Positions 29,193 through 33,898 of a stretch of DNA of 33,898 bases are shown piece by piece. Both the position numbers and the translations under genes were made by a program. Origin of the DNA: Hyphochytrium catenoides. Taxonomy: Eukaryota; Protista; Hyphochytriomycota. The notes below the pieces were generated by a model. The model had not been told where the DNA came from. It saw nothing but the letters and a program-made list of their open reading frames with translations, and ran no database searches. Numbering within the stretch: position 1 is the stretch's first letter; every line of letters begins with the position of its first letter. The stretch is taken from assembly GCA_900088475.1 (NCBI GenBank), contig FLMG01000980.1, positions 1 to 33,898 of the forward strand. The letters run 5' to 3'.

Positions 29193-31684
29193 AGGTTGCG
29201 GCGCCGGGCCAGCTGTCTCTGGTCTCCCCTAGAAAATGTGCTGCGGGCAAGTTATTGAGCGCCATGAGGAGGAAACAGGGAAGGTAAGAAATTGTCAGAA
29301 GAGGCACGAGACAGAATTAGGAAGAACCAGAGAGCGAGTGAGTAAAGTGTGCTTTGAAGCGCGTGTTCACTTGTTAATAGCGCGAGACAGAGTGCAATAG
29401 AGGCATGTTTGCTGACTGAGAGAGAGAGAGAGACAAAGAGAGGAGCATGCATTATGATGGGGCAGGGAGAAAGAAATAGGGAGGACAGAAGCCAGCCAGA
29501 GAGGAATATTTCCAGGAGTTGGTAACACATTCTTCAGCGTTTATCCCATATTCCCACCAGGGGCACAAGGAAACGAAGGAGAAAGGTGAGTTATGGTATG
29601 CGGCGGATAATCTTTGGGTGGGTCTGTTTCCTTACTGTTGCTCTTCGGAAGAAAGAGCCGATGAGCCATCTAGACAGATCAGCAAATGAGATACTAAATA
29701 ACTATGATAGCGCTGTTCTATGTCTTGAGACAGAGTGAAGCCTAGATAACTCTTGAGGGATCGTGAGACAGGCGGGTGAGGTATATGGAGTGGGGGGTGG
29801 GGCAAGACGAAAGGCAGAGAGGAGGAGGAAGGCAAATCACTACAAAGTCACTAGGACCGTAAGTTTTATGGCAGGACTGGGGCCCCTCTCGCCCTCGCCT
29901 AACTTTTGTACAGAGATATTCCCTTCCCCTTATTACCTGCCCATTACCCCAAAAGGGAGCTTGTTTCCTCAACCACCAGGCCCTCCTCACCCACCGAATA
30001 TTATTACTACTACGACTGGCATTCTTTTCTAATACTGAGACAGGCGGAAATCTTTCGGCTCACCAACCGCCGATTGAAAAGCAAAGTCGGGAGCAGATTA
30101 TATATATTTATTGATGAAAATAAACAAAAAAATGTGGCATTTTGTACATTTTACTGTCGAGCCTTTATTACAGTGAAAGAAAGAGGATTTATTAATGTAA
30201 CCAACAATGGAATTAAGATTTTCTGGAGTAGATGGCTTTTCTAATAATAAAAGGGGAAGTTGTTTGAAGACAGTTTGGTCTTTGAAGCTTTCGTTTCTGA
30301 AGGTTCGCCTTACGAAATGTTTCATTAGTGAACTATTACCTAAAGACTGGGTTTTTCTCTTGGATCCAAGCATCTGGTTTCCGAGTGTTTCTGAGATTGT
30401 TCCAGAGGACACAGCCACGTAGAGTGCCCCTAGAATGTGAGGTGGATACGGTACGGTGCCTTCTTTTGTGCTCTCCTTCACCAAATTGGGGGCAGAACTT
30501 TTGGCATCTGACATTCTCAGTTCATGCGCCAAGACCATTTTACTGTGGTGAAGAAACTAGGAAGAGTTTGAAAGGCGAAGATGAACCTACTGGAAAGAAG
30601 AGTCCACGAAAGCCAGTCATTAAAGGTGCGAAGGATCCATAAGAGATGCCTGGCTGGGTGAGGGTCCGCCACAATCCACAGTCAAATAAAGGGGTTCCTT
30701 CACGTGCTAGACAGAGATGAGAGTGATAGGAGGAAAAGAGATATATTATTAGATTCCCCATACAGTAACTGTACGTCACTGAGATCACAAACACTGACAA
30801 AAAGTGTGCAATCTGGGAACTCATTTATCTCTCATTATTCTGTCTCTCACCCTACTCCACAATAGTGCTTTCCAGCCATATTCCTGCCACTCTCTGTCTT
30901 GAGCTAATCTTCATGACGTCATGTTCCAATTTTCATCCCACCCGCCCCACAGAGAAGGGAAAGAGGAGGGGATCTAAGGCAAACCGCCAAACGCAGTTTA
31001 GCAAGGGTAGAACTCCATGGGTTATGTGCTCACACAGCTCGTATCAGGTTTGCCACGATGGCCTGTCAACCACAAAAAGTGGACCTGGTGCCTTTGTCTT
31101 GCTCCGGCGGGTGGGGCTCCTCGTCTCTCCAACATTATTCTCGGACTCGCTGCCTTAATGTTCTCCATCTCTTCGCGATCAATCTCCCTTCCTGTCCCTC
31201 TCTGTAGTACCTGTAGTCTGTCTCGGTCTCCAAGAGCCTAGGTTTCTGTACAACTCAATAACGGGTTCTAGAAGCCTCTTCTTTCATGCTCTGTCTCCAG
31301 ATCAGAACGTATCTCTCCTGGGTCTATTTTAGACCATAAGGGCTATTACATACCTTCTACGCGGCCGAGATCAACACTCTGTCTAGTGAGACCCTTCCCC
31401 TCGTGATGGCTCTGTCTCGACGCTTCTTGACTGACTAAGATCCTTCACACACGGAGAGAGACAGAGTGAGGAAAGAGATGTACATTGCAAAACAGAGTGA
31501 GGAGAGAGAAACATTGGATAAAGGCAAAGAAAGCGTGATGGAGGGAGGACGAGGATGTGAGAGATACGAGGAGAATTGACAGACTAAGAAAGAGAGAAGG
31601 GAAGGGCGTTATGAGGCTGGTGTGGTGGGGGCTTCGAGCTCCATCTCTTGTGATGCTCCAAACAAGTGTCCTACCTTGTTCCTG

Positions 31685-31722
<38 letters not shown>

Positions 31723-31885
31723 CCTCTCTCTCTCTCTTTCCTTCCTTCTCTCCGTCTCTCTCTCGCTCTGTATCCCTCCTCTTTGCTCTCTTTCTTCTGT
31801 CTTTTCTAGCTACTCTGTCTCTCTCTTTCTTCCTTTTGTGTCTCTTTATTGGCGTTTCGCGATCTCTCGCTCTTTATCTCTCCCC
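31685..31885 (+). repeat. (CT)n microsatellite and polypyrimidine tract
   Basis: Direct reading of the sequence. Confidence 0.95.
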
Positions 31886-32454
31886 TCAACGTGTCACGTC
31901 GCTCCTGCCTCTCTCAGTGCAGCGGCTTTCTTTCCCTCTGTCTCCCATCCTCTTATGCCAGTTGCTTGGCTTTTCACTCTCACTCCTTCCTCTATCTTCA
32001 TCACCCATCAACACTTCTTCTTCCCGTTGTGTCCTGTCTCCAAGAGATGATAGTGAATGAGGAGATGGGATGATGAGGAGTCGTCAGCCCTGTCGCTCTT
32101 TCTCCCATCAGCCACCGGTCCAGCAGCATGTGGTTAGCCAAAAAGACGGAGAAGGAAAGACCCCAGTCTCACTATCCTCATGCTCTTCTTATCATCATGA
32201 AAAGCTTTGAAGGAGGAGAAGAGAAGACCGAGAAGGAAGCGCTGCAGGCAGCATTCTGGCTCGTGGATGATGATCATGACCACCATACGCTTATGCACAG
32301 CTTTATGTACTGAAAGGGAGAAGAAGGAGGAGATGACGAGTTGACCTCTGGTTGCTTGTTCCTTCGCCTGTCTCCCATCTCTCAGGATGGAGCTGTGTTC
32401 TCCGTTTCCTATCTCTTCCGTCTCTCTAGCCTCGTGGCTTTCCATCTGCAGAAG

Positions 32455-32564
32455 CTTGTCTTCTTGTGACTTTCTGCCATAAAAGGAGAGGAGACTAGCG
32501 GCGGATGATGACAGGTCCTATCTCTCCTCCTTTTATGGCAGAGGAACTTGCACAACATGACGAG
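32455..32564 (+). ncRNA. Candidate pre-miRNA-like hairpin
   Basis: 16 contiguous Watson-Crick pairs (32473-32488 with 32527-32542) extend to an upper stem of about 26 bp with a 19-nt loop. A lower stem pairs TTGTG/CACAA and CTTGTC/GACGAG. Expression is unknown. Confidence 0.45.
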
Positions 32565-32965
32565 ATCAAGGGAAGCGTCGCCTCTCATTCATCACTTCTT
32601 ACTGCACTACCGCAGCCACCTCGGGCTCTACAGCCAGTCCTGCTGCGGCTAGCTGGCATCGAGACTCCAAGAATAGTTGCAAAACATTACTATTCTTCAA
32701 CGCCTGTCCCAATCTCCGTAGTTGTTTCTATCTCTTCTTGCTCTTCATTCAATCTTGCCCATCTCACTCCCATGCAAGCTCCCCACCACCACTACTAGCC
32801 CGTCTCTCTCTCTCACTGTGTCTCTCTCCTGATCGTTATTCTTTTTCTCCTTCGTCACTTCTTTCTTCCTGATACGGCGCAAGGAGGATAAGTCAGTGCA
32901 GAAACAGCTGGTGCAGGAGGCGGCCCTCCCCTCAAGAAATGGTTCGGTTCTTACGAAGCGAGTGC

Positions 32966-33571
32966 ACAGAGTAAGCGAAGGTTCTTGTTTAGTAAGAGGT
33001 TGTAAGATATCTTCTAAGGTCAATGGTGTGACACTGTTGTTGATGTCATTGAAAATAATAGTGGAGTGAGCAGTGAAGGATAAATGGTAACCTCACTGTC
33101 CCTATACCTAAGGAACCTAACGTTGTGAGGCTCAGGGGGAGTGTTGGAACATGTGGGACTCTCACACTTGGGTTGCAACGATCAATGGGGCAAGCTGACA
33201 GGCATTGACTGGCAGCCAGTATAGGTGTCACAAGATTTATGACTCAAAGCGTCATCGTGTGACCACACTGGCACTTCACACGTGCCTCAGAGGCACTTTG
33301 GGCCAGTGAACCTGGACAGATTTGACCACATTCGTAGTTCTTTTCAGCTCCTTCCTTATCTTCTTGCTTCTATCATATTCTTCTTACTCCTAAGAACTCT
33401 CTATGAAGTAGGTACCATGAGTAGGACTCTTAGGTATAGGGACAGTGAGGTTACCATTTATCCTTCACTGTTCACTCCGCTATTTTCAATGACATCAACA
33501 ACAGTGTCACACCATTGACCTTAGAAGATATCTTACAACCTCTTACTAACAAGAACCTTCGCTTACTCTGT
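32966..33571. repeat. Long inverted repeat, arms 32966-33112 and 33429-33571, 316-nt spacer
   Basis: The arms are reverse complements apart from a 1-nt indel, a 3-nt indel and 2 transitions (aligned by hand). Confidence 0.97.
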
Positions 33572-33807
33572 ATGCTTGCGAGCAGGGAAGACTGTAGAAA
33601 TAAGTACTAGAGATTGCTCTCTTTGTTAGCAGAAAGAGAGAAAGGGAGAGACAGAAGTAGAAAAGAGAGAGAGACAACCATGTCGTATAGCAGCGGGAAG
33701 CAGCCGATAGCTAGTCCTGGTCGGCAAATAATGTTGACCGACCTTCCCAGCTTTCTTTTCTAATACTCTGGCCCCCTCCGTTTCCCCCTTACTTCGGTCA
33801 ATTCATT

Positions 33808-33898
33808 CCTCTCTCTCTCTCTCTCTTCTCCTCTCTCTCTCTTTCTTTCTTCTCTCTCTCCCTCTCCCTTTTTCTCTTTCTCTCTCTCTCTCTCTCTC
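33808..33898 (+). repeat. (CT)n microsatellite at the window end
   Basis: Direct reading of the sequence. Confidence 0.95.

Noticed and set aside
30709-31205. Further long imperfect fold-backs (30709-30899, 30949-31205; also ~33650-33770)
   Set aside because: Pairing depends largely on GA-rich versus CT-rich flanks with short helices and is expected by chance. Worth rechecking only if small-RNA reads map there.
32966-33571. Inverted repeat as a MITE or non-autonomous DNA transposon
   Set aside because: No target-site duplication or recognisable superfamily terminus is visible, and pairing decays outward through G:U pairs. Not fully excluded without a copy-number search.

Overview
Eukaryotic nuclear DNA, about 50% GC and probably from a protist (the RRP4 sequence looks stramenopile-like, but the organism cannot be fixed from this window). 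It has short canonical GT-AG introns with CTRAC branch points, many (GA/CT)n microsatellites and two N gaps. Genes reconstructed by hand are: an ERCC6L2-type SNF2 helicase (-, about 18 introns), an EI24/Rrt8-Lds family membrane protein (-), exosome subunit RRP4 (+), a bZIP transcription factor (-), a 6-exon coiled-coil protein (-), a small 2-TM ORF (+) and a few weak orphan candidates. The standard genetic code explains all conserved genes. The most striking unexplained structure is in the apparently non-coding last 5 kb. It holds a 110-nt pre-miRNA-shaped hairpin (32455-32564) and a ~620-nt fold-back with ~145-bp arms (32958-33579). In both, most substitution mismatches are G:U wobbles on the + strand, which suggests a clustered hairpin small-RNA locus. 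A near-perfect complement of the short hairpin's 3' arm lies at 24012-24030. All alignments, folds and family assignments were done by eye; no searches or folding programs were run.
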